DNA of 64,000 bases from Candidatus Poribacteria bacterium (GTDB taxonomy: Bacteria > Poribacteria > WGA-4E > WGA-3G), in the NCBI GenBank assembly GCA_965198235.1, contig OZ240248.1, forward strand, positions 2,208,001 to 2,272,000, written 5' to 3'. A model generated the notes under the pieces. The model searched no databases, was not told where the DNA came from, and worked only from the letters and a program-made list of their open reading frames with translations. A program made the position numbers and the translations under genes. This document shows positions 38,862-48,359 of the stretch, piece by piece (position 1 is the stretch's first letter; each line of letters begins with the position of its first letter).

Positions 38862-39632
38862 TTAGTAGCGCGCTTTGAGTGCGCCCCAAACGGTTGGAAG
38901 TTTACCAGTTGCTTGAACAGCAAGTACCTCATCCGGTGTGCACTCGTCAGCCGTCTCGCAAATAGCCCAATTGTCAAATGAGACAATGGTCAATGCGGGG
39001 GCACCTCTACTTGAACCACCGTTGAGTCCAACTTGTCCGCTCTCAGGTCTGACATTCCCGAAATCGAGTTTACTGTCAAGAAGCCAGTCTTTGGGTTCAT
39101 CTTTGCCATCTTCCCAGATTTTACCGGTAAACCCCTTATCAGATATTTCGGCTTTCATCCAGTACCATTTACCGAGTTCTATCTCACCAAAGGGAGGTTT
39201 GGTATCGTTCTGTTTCCAAGCGAGATGGTCATTGAGGAATTCCATGTTGGTGAGGAAATGATGGATCAGAAAAGCGTAACCGGAGGCATCTCCCGGATCA
39301 AGACGAAATCCGATTCCACACCGTGCAAGGTCGTGATCTCCCCAATCATCGACGCGAATCATTACCAATCCGGTATGCGGTTCTGGAAAACCGCCGTCGA
39401 GAACAAGATAGGTGTGATCGCCGGGGGTTTCATGGGTTTGACTGATAACGCCACCTTTTTCTACCCAATCGCCCTCATGGTTTTTGAATTCATAATCTCC
39501 ACTAATTTTTCCATCTTCAAAATCGTCGAGGTATAAAACCTCGTCGAAGCCAGTGGAAGTCCATGCAAAAATAGCAGTGCACACCAGTATGGAGAGGAGA
39601 GATTTGTGGGTTGATAGACTCTTAACAATGTA
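38862..39632 (-). CDS. Exported beta-sandwich (ConA-like) protein with C-terminal TWG-type tag
   Basis: AGGAGG RBS, signal peptide, 'YLDDFEDG', tail 'LAVQATGKLPTVWGALK'. Confidence 0.75.
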   Translation of the reverse strand, partial: YIVKSLSTHKSLLSILVCTAIFAWTSTGFDEVLYLDDFEDGKISGDYEFKNHEGDWVEKGGVISQTHETPGDHTYLVLDGGFPEPHTGLVMIRVDDWGDHDLARCGIGFRLDPGDASGYAFLIHHFLTNMEFLNDHLAWKQNDTKPPFGEIELGKWYWMKAEISDKGFTGKIWEDGKDEPKDWLLDSKLDFGNVRPESGQVGLNGGSSRGAPALTIVSFDNWAICETADECTPDEVLAVQATGKLPTVWGALKARY

Positions 39633-39654
39633 CATTGGAACAACCTCCTTCAAA

Positions 39655-39763
39655 TTTTTAATTTTACCTTGCGGAGGAACGACGGGATTTGTGCTTTGAC
39701 GGTTTTCGTGTTCGAGTTGAAGAAACGCCCAAGCAAAAACCCCTCCATTTCATTACGGGCTAC
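39655..39763 (-). repeat. Dispersed GTAG-hairpin repeat (mosaic copy)
   Basis: Reverse complement GTAGCCCGTAATGAAATGGAGGGGTTTTTGCTTGGGCG...ACTCGAACACGAAAACCGTCAAAG...CTCCGCAAGGTAAAATTAAAAA. Confidence 0.85.
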
Positions 39764-39848
39764 GGGTTTTTTACGATACTAACTAATTCTTTGTTGAATT
39801 AATTTGATGTTGGGTGAAGAAGTCGCCTCCGTGCACAGTTTGATGTCC

Positions 39849-40637
39849 CTATGGGGTTGCGCGACGTTTGCCACCATCCATATAAAGCGCACTCCCAAAC
39901 ATATAGGAGCAGGCTTCAGAGGCTAAGAACGTTACGACATTCGCGACCTCTTCCGGTTCCGCAATACGACCCGCAGGGAGTTCTTGCCCGAGTTCCTGCA
40001 ACAACGCTTCGACATCGCGTCCTTCACGCTCGGCTCTCACACTTTGCTGCGTGCGTGCTCGACCAGTATTTGTCAATCCCGGACAAACAGTATTTACCAA
40101 AATGCCGTCACCTGCAACAGCATCGGAGAGTGCGCGTGTGATGTTAAGAATCGTGATGTTGGCAGCCCCTGTTGGTATGTTGCCACGAGTGGGACTTGTA
40201 CCGGCTGAACCTGCGATGTTGACGATTCGTCCCCACTGATTTTCCTTCATGTACGGAATAACCAATTGAGACATCCGAAGGTAACTGTAGGTTTTCAATA
40301 AAAGTGCTTCATCAATCAGTTTCGGCGACAGTTCCAAAATATCTGCATTTCGAGCGGCACCGACATTGTTGACGAGGATATCGACACCGCCGAAACGATC
40401 CACTGTCTCCTGCACCACCTTCTCACAATTCGCTTGTATATTTAAGTCGGCTGTAATAGCGTGTGCTTTGGTGCCAGTCTGTTCAAGTTCCGTGAGCACT
40501 CGATTTAAAACGTCTTGTGTTCGGGCAGCAATGCAGACGTGAACGCCTTCTTGTGCAAGGGCAAGTGCACACTGCCTACCAATACCTCGGCTACCGCCGG
40601 TAACGATTGCGCGTTTTCCGCTCAGTCCTAAATCCAC
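39849..40637 (-). CDS. SDR family oxidoreductase
   Basis: 'TGGSRGIG', 'NNVG'. Atypical active site 'TGAAN'. Confidence 0.88.
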   Translation of the reverse strand: MDLGLSGKRAIVTGGSRGIGRQCALALAQEGVHVCIAARTQDVLNRVLTELEQTGTKAHAITADLNIQANCEKVVQETVDRFGGVDILVNNVGAARNADILELSPKLIDEALLLKTYSYLRMSQLVIPYMKENQWGRIVNIAGSAGTSPTRGNIPTGAANITILNITRALSDAVAGDGILVNTVCPGLTNTGRARTQQSVRAEREGRDVEALLQELGQELPAGRIAEPEEVANVVTFLASEACSYMFGSALYMDGGKRRATP

Positions 40638-40688
40638 GTATCGTGTGTCCTTTACGCTGTTTCTGGTTTCTTAATGGGGTGCGGGAAT

Positions 40689-41396
40689 CTACTGTGGTGC
40701 TTTCAACCTTCCCCATGTGATGGTAAGTTTGTCACGTGATTCGACGGCGAGGCTTGAACCACCTTTATCAAAGACCTCCACATCGTCGATGAGCGTTTCT
40801 GACTTCCACTCGCGGATGCCGAAACCGCCTTTTGGATACGGGACTTTACCGTATTCAGCAATCTGTTTGCCATCGAGTGAGACTGTTAGTTTTTTGTCCA
40901 CCACAGTGACCGACAGTTCATGCCACTCGTCGAGTTCAATATTAATGTCCGCCTTAGCGACGATCGGCCAACCGCCACCCCGTTCAAAGACATTGAGGAT
41001 GTTCTCTCGTGGATCCCCACAACACAACCGTTTTCTTGCCGGTTCGACGAGCATATATTCGGTTGCCAACTGCGCCCGCACAATCAAACCGATTGCGGCA
41101 AATTCCGCTGTTTCACCAACAATGTTGAATTTTGCCCGCATTGTGTAGTCTGTTAGATCTTCGAACCCTTCAAGGAAGAGGACATCGGCGTTGGTTTGAT
41201 CGTTCCTTGTGTCAAAAATGAGGACGGTGTTGTTCGGATTGCCCGGATCTTTCTCAATTTTTATCGCTGGCACGTCGGGCCATGTAATCTCGGCATTTCC
41301 CTCGAAATCATCAAAAAACAGTGTTTCCGCCATTGCGTTTCCAAACAGCAGAAGAATGACCCAAAAACTAACAACACACAGTTTTCGAATTCTCAT
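40689..41396 (-). CDS. Exported DUF1080/ConA-like protein with C-terminal TWG tag
   Basis: Signal peptide 'AMA', 'FFDDFE', 'WHELSV', 'GGFGIR', tail 'LAVESRDKLTITWGRLK'. Confidence 0.78.
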   Translation of the reverse strand: MRIRKLCVVSFWVILLLFGNAMAETLFFDDFEGNAEITWPDVPAIKIEKDPGNPNNTVLIFDTRNDQTNADVLFLEGFEDLTDYTMRAKFNIVGETAEFAAIGLIVRAQLATEYMLVEPARKRLCCGDPRENILNVFERGGGWPIVAKADINIELDEWHELSVTVVDKKLTVSLDGKQIAEYGKVPYPKGGFGIREWKSETLIDDVEVFDKGGSSLAVESRDKLTITWGRLKAPQ

Positions 41397-41501
41397 TTTG
41401 AGATTCTCCTTCAGGATATAACTAAGGAGGAGATGCCCACCTCAGTTTGGCCGACATCTCATTTTCAACGTACTATGTATAGCGCACGTTTCGAGGCGTA
41501 T

Positions 41502-42344
41502 CTATTGGGAGGATTTGAGGGACCCCCAGGTTGTCGCTATTTTTCCAGCGGCATCAACAGCTAACGCGCCTTCAATGCCTTCACCGAGTTTTGCGACATC
41601 ATCATCAGAGAGCACCGTGTCGAAGACAACAACTTCGTCAATGATACCGTTCCACTGGCAGCGTTTGCCACAGCCCGGGTCCGCACCGATATAGGCCTCT
41701 TCGGGAGATGCCCACGGTGGTCCTTTTGCATCTTCGGAGTTCTGTAGTTTGCCGTTAACGTAGACATGGAGTTGGGATCCATCCCATGTGCCGACGAGGT
41801 GCACCCATTCTTTGGAGGGGAGTTCATCACCGAGGACTTCAAGTTTTCCACCGCCGTTGGCAACTCGGATGTGGAATGCTGCCTGCGTGCTATTTTGTCC
41901 GTTTTCATGTGCCCCTGTTCCGAGTAAAAACTGCGACCAGGTTGAACATCCAAGCCCTTTCCATATCACACATTTGCCGGTCGGGTCCTCTGCTGCATAG
42001 ACCCAAGAATGGATTGAAAAACCTTTAGAATCTTTGAAATCCAAGGCGGCTAACGTTTTATCTTCACCCTTAGTGCCGAGTTTGACCCAAGTGTCTGCAC
42101 CGTTAAATTCTAACCCGCCGCCGAATTTGCCTTTCGCCCATTTCAGGTCGCCAACAAATTCACCGTCGGTGTCGTTACCGGAAAGATCTTTTACAACTTT
42201 ACCTTTACCTTCTTCAAAGGTCCACATCCCCGCAATGTCTCCTTCATCAAACGCCGCGTAGCTTACGCTTATCATCGCGAAGCTGAGGGTTATGACAACA
42301 ATTGCAGTGAATGTGTAATTCAGATAGCGTTTTGCCAAAAGCAT
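41502..42344 (-). CDS. LamG-like jellyroll protein with C-terminal TWG tag
   Basis: 'WTFEEGKG', 'GKFGGGLEFNG', 'WVHLVGTWDG', 'GIIDEV', tail 'LAVDAAGKIATTWGSLK'. Confidence 0.88.
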   Translation of the reverse strand: MLLAKRYLNYTFTAIVVITLSFAMISVSYAAFDEGDIAGMWTFEEGKGKVVKDLSGNDTDGEFVGDLKWAKGKFGGGLEFNGADTWVKLGTKGEDKTLAALDFKDSKGFSIHSWVYAAEDPTGKCVIWKGLGCSTWSQFLLGTGAHENGQNSTQAAFHIRVANGGGKLEVLGDELPSKEWVHLVGTWDGSQLHVYVNGKLQNSEDAKGPPWASPEEAYIGADPGCGKRCQWNGIIDEVVVFDTVLSDDDVAKLGEGIEGALAVDAAGKIATTWGSLKSSQ

Positions 42345-42388
42345 ATTTATTTTCCTTTTGAGAACGCGATTCGGTGATCGCTTCTCCC

Positions 42389-43147
42389 TTACTTTTTCAG
42401 ACTACCCCATGTGACAGCCAACTTCTGTTTTGTGTCTACGGCGAGAGTCGTCTCGAAACCGTCATTCATAACCGCTTGTACGTCATCTTCGTCGAGGAAA
42501 GTGTTGAAGATGATGAACTCGTCTAACTGCCCTTCCCATTGTCGGCTTTGGTTCCAGTCGCCAATTCGGGCAGGATCGAGTACACCCGGGTTTCCACCCC
42601 AATCGTTTTCGATATCGAGTTCACCGTTGACGAAAAAGCGGATTTTCTTTTCCTTCGCGCTGTAGGCGGTTGCGATGTGGACCCATTTATCCATCTGATC
42701 GCCTGCTAACATATAGTTCGCAAAAGTGTCGTTCCCGCCAGGGTTACTGTGAATGGAGAACTCGACTTTATTATTCGGGTGCATCTGGTAATGGATGTCC
42801 CCGGCTTTCCAACCGTTGACGTTGAAGAAAACACGCCATGCTCCCTCTCGTCCAGTGGATTTGACCCAATGTGCGAAGGTAATTTCTTCAAATTCGCCGA
42901 TCCGTTTCGGGATTTCGACCCAGTCGCTTGCACCGTCGAGTTCGATCGCGTCACCGAATTTCCCACCGACAAAGTTTCCACCTTTGACCTCGCCATCAAA
43001 TCCGTTCCCGGACATATCTTCGGCATCGCCCTCAAACAGCCATGCTGCCGCGATCATATCTTCGGTGATTTCTGCGGAGCTGAGCGGACTGCTACCCAAT
43101 ATGAGCAGGACGCTGAGGGTAACTGTGATAATTCTTGGATTTAACAA
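42389..43147 (-). CDS. LamG-like jellyroll protein with C-terminal TWG tag
   Basis: GGAGG RBS with TTG start. 'GKFGDAIELDG', 'WVHIA', 'GQLDEF', tail 'LAVDTKQKLAVTWGSLK'. Confidence 0.88.
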   Translation of the reverse strand: MLNPRIITVTLSVLLILGSSPLSSAEITEDMIAAAWLFEGDAEDMSGNGFDGEVKGGNFVGGKFGDAIELDGASDWVEIPKRIGEFEEITFAHWVKSTGREGAWRVFFNVNGWKAGDIHYQMHPNNKVEFSIHSNPGGNDTFANYMLAGDQMDKWVHIATAYSAKEKKIRFFVNGELDIENDWGGNPGVLDPARIGDWNQSRQWEGQLDEFIIFNTFLDEDDVQAVMNDGFETTLAVDTKQKLAVTWGSLKK

Positions 43148-43298
43148 AAAAACCTCCTATGTGTTGCCAGAAGAACCGATATACCTAAGACATTCCCGAT
43201 TCTTCTGAGGCATTTCTTACTCTGTGTATACTTTAATTATAGCATGAAAAATGTGGAAATACAACCTCTTTTTAAGACTGAAAATCTTAGCGGAAGGA

Positions 43299-44150
43299 TT
43301 AAACGAATCTGTCCTTGTGTGGACTGGCTTCCCATTGCGCATGCCACGCTTGCCATGACGTAGGACACTGCCTGCTTTCACGCTCGCGAGCTGGGCAGGC
43401 AATCGCTTCGTGCCAAAGTCCGTTTAGCGAGGTGCCGGTGCGACTGAACCGAAAATCTGTCGACCAGCGGATGATGTCGCTGTGATTAACTAACGATCGA
43501 TGGAAGACCAGATTGTTAAAGACAAGTAAGTCACCTTTCTTCATCTCTAAGGTATCGATGTCGGTATCAGATGAGGTGGGAGGAAGAAGAGGGACGGCAA
43601 ACGTCTCGCCGGGCACGCGGTGATAGGTTTGTAAGCCTGACTTGTGGCTTCCCGGTAGGAATTGTAAGGGACCGTTCTCCAGTTTGACATCTACTAACGG
43701 CATCCATACGGTAAGGTGGGTATCCGTTTCGGTGTTCGGCATATACGCGCTGTCTTGATGCCAAGGGAGCGTCGTCAGTTTTTCGTTTGGAAGTTTCGGA
43801 CGCACCCAAAAGTCGCCGTTGAATTGAATATCACTTCCGATAAGGGATTCCAAGATGTCTAACACCTTCGGATGGATTATCAGATTAAAGAGTGCTTCGC
43901 TGAAGACAAGCGTATGCCAGCCAAAGACCTCGTTTTCTCTGCCACACGCTTTTAAAACTGCATGCCAACGGCGTTCAAAAGACAGCTCTTCATAGGTATC
44001 CGAGATGACCCCTTCTTTATAGAGTTCAGTGGCACGCGTATCGACGACTTCAGAGACAACAGCAATTAGCGAGGCAAGGTCTGGTTCAGACAGTGCTGAT
44101 TGGACAACAAGGTAGCCCTGTTCCGTAAATTTTTCAGAATTCGTTTCCAT
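43299..44150 (-). CDS. PhyH-family Fe(II)/2OG dioxygenase
   Basis: 'PWHQD', 'NGPLQFLPGSH', 'FNNLVFHRS'. Paralog of 18135-18992. Confidence 0.92.
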   Translation of the reverse strand: METNSEKFTEQGYLVVQSALSEPDLASLIAVVSEVVDTRATELYKEGVISDTYEELSFERRWHAVLKACGRENEVFGWHTLVFSEALFNLIIHPKVLDILESLIGSDIQFNGDFWVRPKLPNEKLTTLPWHQDSAYMPNTETDTHLTVWMPLVDVKLENGPLQFLPGSHKSGLQTYHRVPGETFAVPLLPPTSSDTDIDTLEMKKGDLLVFNNLVFHRSLVNHSDIIRWSTDFRFSRTGTSLNGLWHEAIACPARERESRQCPTSWQAWHAQWEASPHKDRFV

Positions 44151-44155
44151 CGTTT

Positions 44156-44884
44156 TTAATAAAGTGTTTTTAGTGCTCCCCAGGTAGTTGTTAGTTTTCG
44201 TCCCGGTTTCACAGGAAGTGGGTCCATGGAGTCCTCAACAGAGATGGCTTCATCCCAGAATGCTACCTCGTCGACAGCACCACCAAAATGGTTCTGACCG
44301 TTACGACTGCCGATAGTAAATGGTAGTCCTTCGGTGATATGGACGGCATTGGCACCGGGCATTTCGCCTTCTAATTTTCCGTCAACGTAAGCCTTCACGG
44401 ACTTGCCGTCGTATGAACCGAAGATGTGATACCATTTTCCAATTTCAAGGGCGACATTGCCGACACAACAGACGAGATTGTTTCCGGGACCGGTGGAAAC
44501 TTCAAAGGAGAGTGTCCCGTCAGGTTCAATGAAGAAGCCGTAACTCCAGTTGAGGTGAATACCCTTCTCAGCAACCGCGACCCATGAACCGAGTTTTAGC
44601 GGCTGAATCCATGCCGCCATAGACAATGCTTCAAGTTCAGAAATTGCTGGCGCGTCGGGGATATCGACGTAGTCAGTGCTGCCGTTGAACTCTAACGCTT
44701 CACCGAACTTTCCGGCTACTACCTTCGGATTCCCGTGTATATTGCCGTCGTGACCGTTTCCAGTTAGGTCATCCACGCCGTCTGCTTTGTCAAATGACCA
44801 GTAGGCTACCAATTCGGCATTTGCTGTGAGATGGACGATGCCAAACAGGAGAAAGGTTAGACACACAATTTTTGCAAGCGACAC
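44156..44884 (-). CDS. LamG-like jellyroll protein with C-terminal TWG tag
   Basis: GGAGG RBS with GTG start. 'LVAYWSFD', 'GKFGEALEFNG', 'WYHIFGSYDG', tail 'LPVKPGRKLTTTWGALK'. Confidence 0.88.
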   Translation of the reverse strand: MSLAKIVCLTFLLFGIVHLTANAELVAYWSFDKADGVDDLTGNGHDGNIHGNPKVVAGKFGEALEFNGSTDYVDIPDAPAISELEALSMAAWIQPLKLGSWVAVAEKGIHLNWSYGFFIEPDGTLSFEVSTGPGNNLVCCVGNVALEIGKWYHIFGSYDGKSVKAYVDGKLEGEMPGANAVHITEGLPFTIGSRNGQNHFGGAVDEVAFWDEAISVEDSMDPLPVKPGRKLTTTWGALKTLY

Positions 44885-45005
44885 GGTTATACCTCCGTTT
44901 AAGCGAGTGTATGGCGAGGTCAGGGACCTCGCCATAGAATAGGACATTTGAATATGCGTTTACAAGCTGCGTCGCGGCGGAGTGCGAAGAAAAATAAAGG
45001 GTCCT

Positions 45006-46043
45006 CTATAGTTTGGCTCTCAGTTTATCCATTAGCCCATCTGGTGGATCGAAGGGGAGTTCAATCACTTCGTTTGTTATCCCGCTATAGTAAATTCCCA
45101 GTAGCAGGTTGAACTCGGCGAGCGATTGCTCAAGATGCGTGGGATGTACCTTGCTCTCGTCGTCCAGCCAATCAAAGACTGCCTCAGTAAGATTGCCTTG
45201 TGCGACGACATCCTGTTCTCCGTAGCTAAGTGGACCGCCCTCATAGCCGTTCTCCGGTGTTGAGCGTTCCCAACTACTAAATCGCCAATGCACGAAGCCT
45301 TTCGTTCCAATCACAAAGACGCGTTTATGGAAAAAGACGACGGGATCGTCAGAGGCAGTCGGTGCGATGGCTGTCCCGAACGCAACAGAGATATGAAGCC
45401 CGTTCTCGTACTGAACGCGCGCACTCGCATATTGCGGAGAGGGTTGCGCTGAATCCAAGTGTTCGGCACCAGAGATTTGTCCGAGGACTCGCACCGGACG
45501 CGAGTTGTCAATATAGGAGGAAACGAGTTGCAATACATGCGGGCCCTGATCAACGGGTGTGCTCCGTGCGCTCGCATCAATGAATTTGATCTCCCCGATG
45601 CGACCTTTTGCAACATCCTGCTTCAATTCCAGATTCTGTGGGTGGAAGTTGAGTTGCGTGTTGACGACGAATTTCGTTTCCGTTTCCTTGGAAAGTCCTG
45701 ATATTTGTTTCCAGTCCTCGCTTTCAACAGCGATCGGTTTCTCGACAATCGCCGCTGGCACACCGGCATCCGATGCTTGTTTCATCAACGGATAGCGAAT
45801 ACGCTCATTGCTACCCCGCAGCACGGGTGCTGTGACGATGTGGAGAACATCGGGTTTCTCTTTTTCAAGCATCTCGTCCAAGTCGGTGTAGCGTGAAGAG
45901 ATACCGAAGTCGTCTCCGAATTTGTTAAGTAATTCTGTGTTCATATCACAGATTGCGGCGAGTTTGCCATTTTTAACGAAGCGATAGGCATCTGCATGCG
46001 CGCGTGCGCGACCCCCGCAGCCTAACATCGCTGTTTTATACAT
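45006..46043 (-). CDS. Gfo/Idh/MocA oxidoreductase, tandem paralog 4
   Basis: 'MYKTAMLGCGGRA', 'IVEKP'. Confidence 0.9.
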   Translation of the reverse strand: MYKTAMLGCGGRARAHADAYRFVKNGKLAAICDMNTELLNKFGDDFGISSRYTDLDEMLEKEKPDVLHIVTAPVLRGSNERIRYPLMKQASDAGVPAAIVEKPIAVESEDWKQISGLSKETETKFVVNTQLNFHPQNLELKQDVAKGRIGEIKFIDASARSTPVDQGPHVLQLVSSYIDNSRPVRVLGQISGAEHLDSAQPSPQYASARVQYENGLHISVAFGTAIAPTASDDPVVFFHKRVFVIGTKGFVHWRFSSWERSTPENGYEGGPLSYGEQDVVAQGNLTEAVFDWLDDESKVHPTHLEQSLAEFNLLLGIYYSGITNEVIELPFDPPDGLMDKLRAKL

Positions 46044-46128
46044 AGAAAGGTCTCCTTTAAATCAATAATATTTCTAACACCAAGCTAAAATAGATGGATG
46101 CTAATCGGAGAAAGTATAAGTTGACTTT

Positions 46129-47172
46129 TTATAGTTTTTCTCGGAGTACATCAATCAATCCATCGGGCGGTTCAAACGGGAGTTCAATAATCTGGTTCGT
46201 TACCCCGCTGTAGTAGATGCCGAGGAGGAGATTGAATTCCGCGAGAGATTGCTTGAGATGCGTCGGATGCACATTGTTCTCATCATCAAGCCAATCGAAA
46301 ACAGCCTCTGTAAGATTCCCCTGTGCCACGACATCCTGCTCTCCATAGTCAAGCGGACCACTCTCGTAACCACCGTCTGGTGTTGAGCGTTCCCAACTGC
46401 TAAACCGCCAGTGCACGAAACCTTTCGTACCGACGACAAAGACGCGTTTGTGGGTGTGATTACCCGCATCCGGATCTTTAGGCACTCGCTGCCCTACACC
46501 TGTCCCGAAGGCAAGAGAGACGTGAAGACCATTTTCATATAAAGCCTGAGCAGCAGCATGCATAGGGGAAGGCTGAGTGGAGTCTAAATCCTGAGCCCCA
46601 GAAACCTGTCCGAGCACCCGCGCAGGACGTGAGTTGTCGATGTAGGAAGAGACGAGTTGCAACACGTGGGGTGCTTGGTCGACGGGAGTGCTCCGGGCAC
46701 TGGCATCAATAAACTTGATTTCACCTATTCTACCCTCTGAGACATCCCGTTTCAATTCCAAGTTTTGGGGGTGGAAGTTGAGTTGTGTGTTAACGACGAA
46801 CTTGGTCTTTGTCTCTTCTGCTAATCCTGCAAGCTGCTTCCAGTCCTCGCTCTCAACGGCAATCGGTTTTTCGACGATCGCCGCAGGCACACCGGCATCC
46901 GATGCTTGTTTCATCAGTGAGTACCGAATCCGTTCATTGGTGCCGCGTAACACCGGTGCCGTAACGATATGGAGGACATCGGGTTTTTCTTGTTCAAGCA
47001 TCTCGTCTAAGTCAGTGTATCGTGAAGAGATACCGAAGTCGTCTCCGAAACTGGTGAGCAGTTCTTCGTTCATATCACAGATTGCGGCGAGTTTGCCATT
47101 TTTGATGAAGCGATAGGCATCTGCATGTGCACGGGCACGTCCACCGCATCCTAACATCGCAGTTTTATACAT
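46129..47172 (-). CDS. Gfo/Idh/MocA oxidoreductase, tandem paralog 3
   Basis: 'MYKTAMLGCGGRA', 'IVEKP'; highly similar to its neighbours. Confidence 0.9.
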   Translation of the reverse strand: MYKTAMLGCGGRARAHADAYRFIKNGKLAAICDMNEELLTSFGDDFGISSRYTDLDEMLEQEKPDVLHIVTAPVLRGTNERIRYSLMKQASDAGVPAAIVEKPIAVESEDWKQLAGLAEETKTKFVVNTQLNFHPQNLELKRDVSEGRIGEIKFIDASARSTPVDQAPHVLQLVSSYIDNSRPARVLGQVSGAQDLDSTQPSPMHAAAQALYENGLHVSLAFGTGVGQRVPKDPDAGNHTHKRVFVVGTKGFVHWRFSSWERSTPDGGYESGPLDYGEQDVVAQGNLTEAVFDWLDDENNVHPTHLKQSLAEFNLLLGIYYSGVTNQIIELPFEPPDGLIDVLREKL

Positions 47173-47215
47173 GGAAAATTCTCCTCTAAACGTTCCGTAT
47201 GAATTCGGATTGGGT

Positions 47216-48253
47216 TTACAATTCTTTCCTGAGTGAGTCCATTAATCCGTCAGGCGGTTCAAACGGTAGATCAATAATCTCGTTTGTTATCCCGCTATAG
47301 TAAATCCCTAAAAGTAGGTTGAACTCCGCGAGAGATTGCTTGAGATGCGTCGGATGGACGTTGTTCTCATCGTCAAGCCAGTCAAAGACAGCCTCAGTGA
47401 GGTTTCCTTGTGCAGCAGTATCCTGTTCTCCATAGTTGAGAGGTCCCCCTTCGTAGCCGCTTTCCGGTGTTGTCCGCTCCCAACTACTGAATCGCCAATG
47501 CACAAAACCTTTCGTGCCGACGACAAAAACACGTTTATGTGCAACAGTACTCTCACTGTCCGATGCCAACGTCCCCATGCCAGTGCCAAACGCAACAGAA
47601 ACGTGGAGGCCGTTCTCGTACAAAACATGCCCGGCAGCATGCATCGGAGACGGTTGTGCTGAATCTAACTGTTCGGCGCCAGAGATTTGTCCAAGCACAC
47701 GGGTCGGACGCGAGTTATCGATGTAGGATGACACCAACTGTAGCACATGTGGTGCTTGGTCGACCGGCGTGCTGCGTGCGCTGGCATCAATAAACTTAAT
47801 CTCACCAATACGACCTGCCGCTACATCCGCTTTTAATTCAAGATTCTGTGGATGGAAGTTAAGTTGTGTATTGACGACAAATTTCGTTTGTGTCTCTTCC
47901 GCCAAACCTGCGATCTGCTTCCAGTCCTCGCTTTCAACAGCAATTGGCTTTTCAACGATCGCCGCAGGCACACCGTGGTCGGATGTCTGTTTCATCAACG
48001 GGTACCGGATGCGCTCACTGGTGCCGCGTAACACCGGTGCCGTAACAATGTGGAGGACATCGGGTTTCTCTTTTTCAAGCATCTCATCAAGATCGGTGTA
48101 GCGTGAAGAGATACCGAAATCGTCTCCAAAACTGTTGAGTAGTTCTTCGTTCATATCACAGATCGCAGCGAGTTTACCACCTTTGACAAAACGGTAAGCA
48201 CTTGCATGTGCACGGGCACGACCCCCGCAGCCTAACACCGCTGTTTTATACAT
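47216..48253 (-). CDS. Gfo/Idh/MocA oxidoreductase, tandem paralog 2
   Basis: Start trimmed to MYKTAVLG by alignment with the paralogs and the RBS. Confidence 0.9.
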   Translation of the reverse strand: MYKTAVLGCGGRARAHASAYRFVKGGKLAAICDMNEELLNSFGDDFGISSRYTDLDEMLEKEKPDVLHIVTAPVLRGTSERIRYPLMKQTSDHGVPAAIVEKPIAVESEDWKQIAGLAEETQTKFVVNTQLNFHPQNLELKADVAAGRIGEIKFIDASARSTPVDQAPHVLQLVSSYIDNSRPTRVLGQISGAEQLDSAQPSPMHAAGHVLYENGLHVSVAFGTGMGTLASDSESTVAHKRVFVVGTKGFVHWRFSSWERTTPESGYEGGPLNYGEQDTAAQGNLTEAVFDWLDDENNVHPTHLKQSLAEFNLLLGIYYSGITNEIIDLPFEPPDGLMDSLRKEL

Positions 48254-48359
48254 GAGGTTGTCTCCTCTAATATTAACAATAGCACGCCAACGGCGCACCA
48301 GAACGTAGGGCGGAACGAAAGTACGGAGATCTCACCCCACAACACAGATTCATTTCAAA

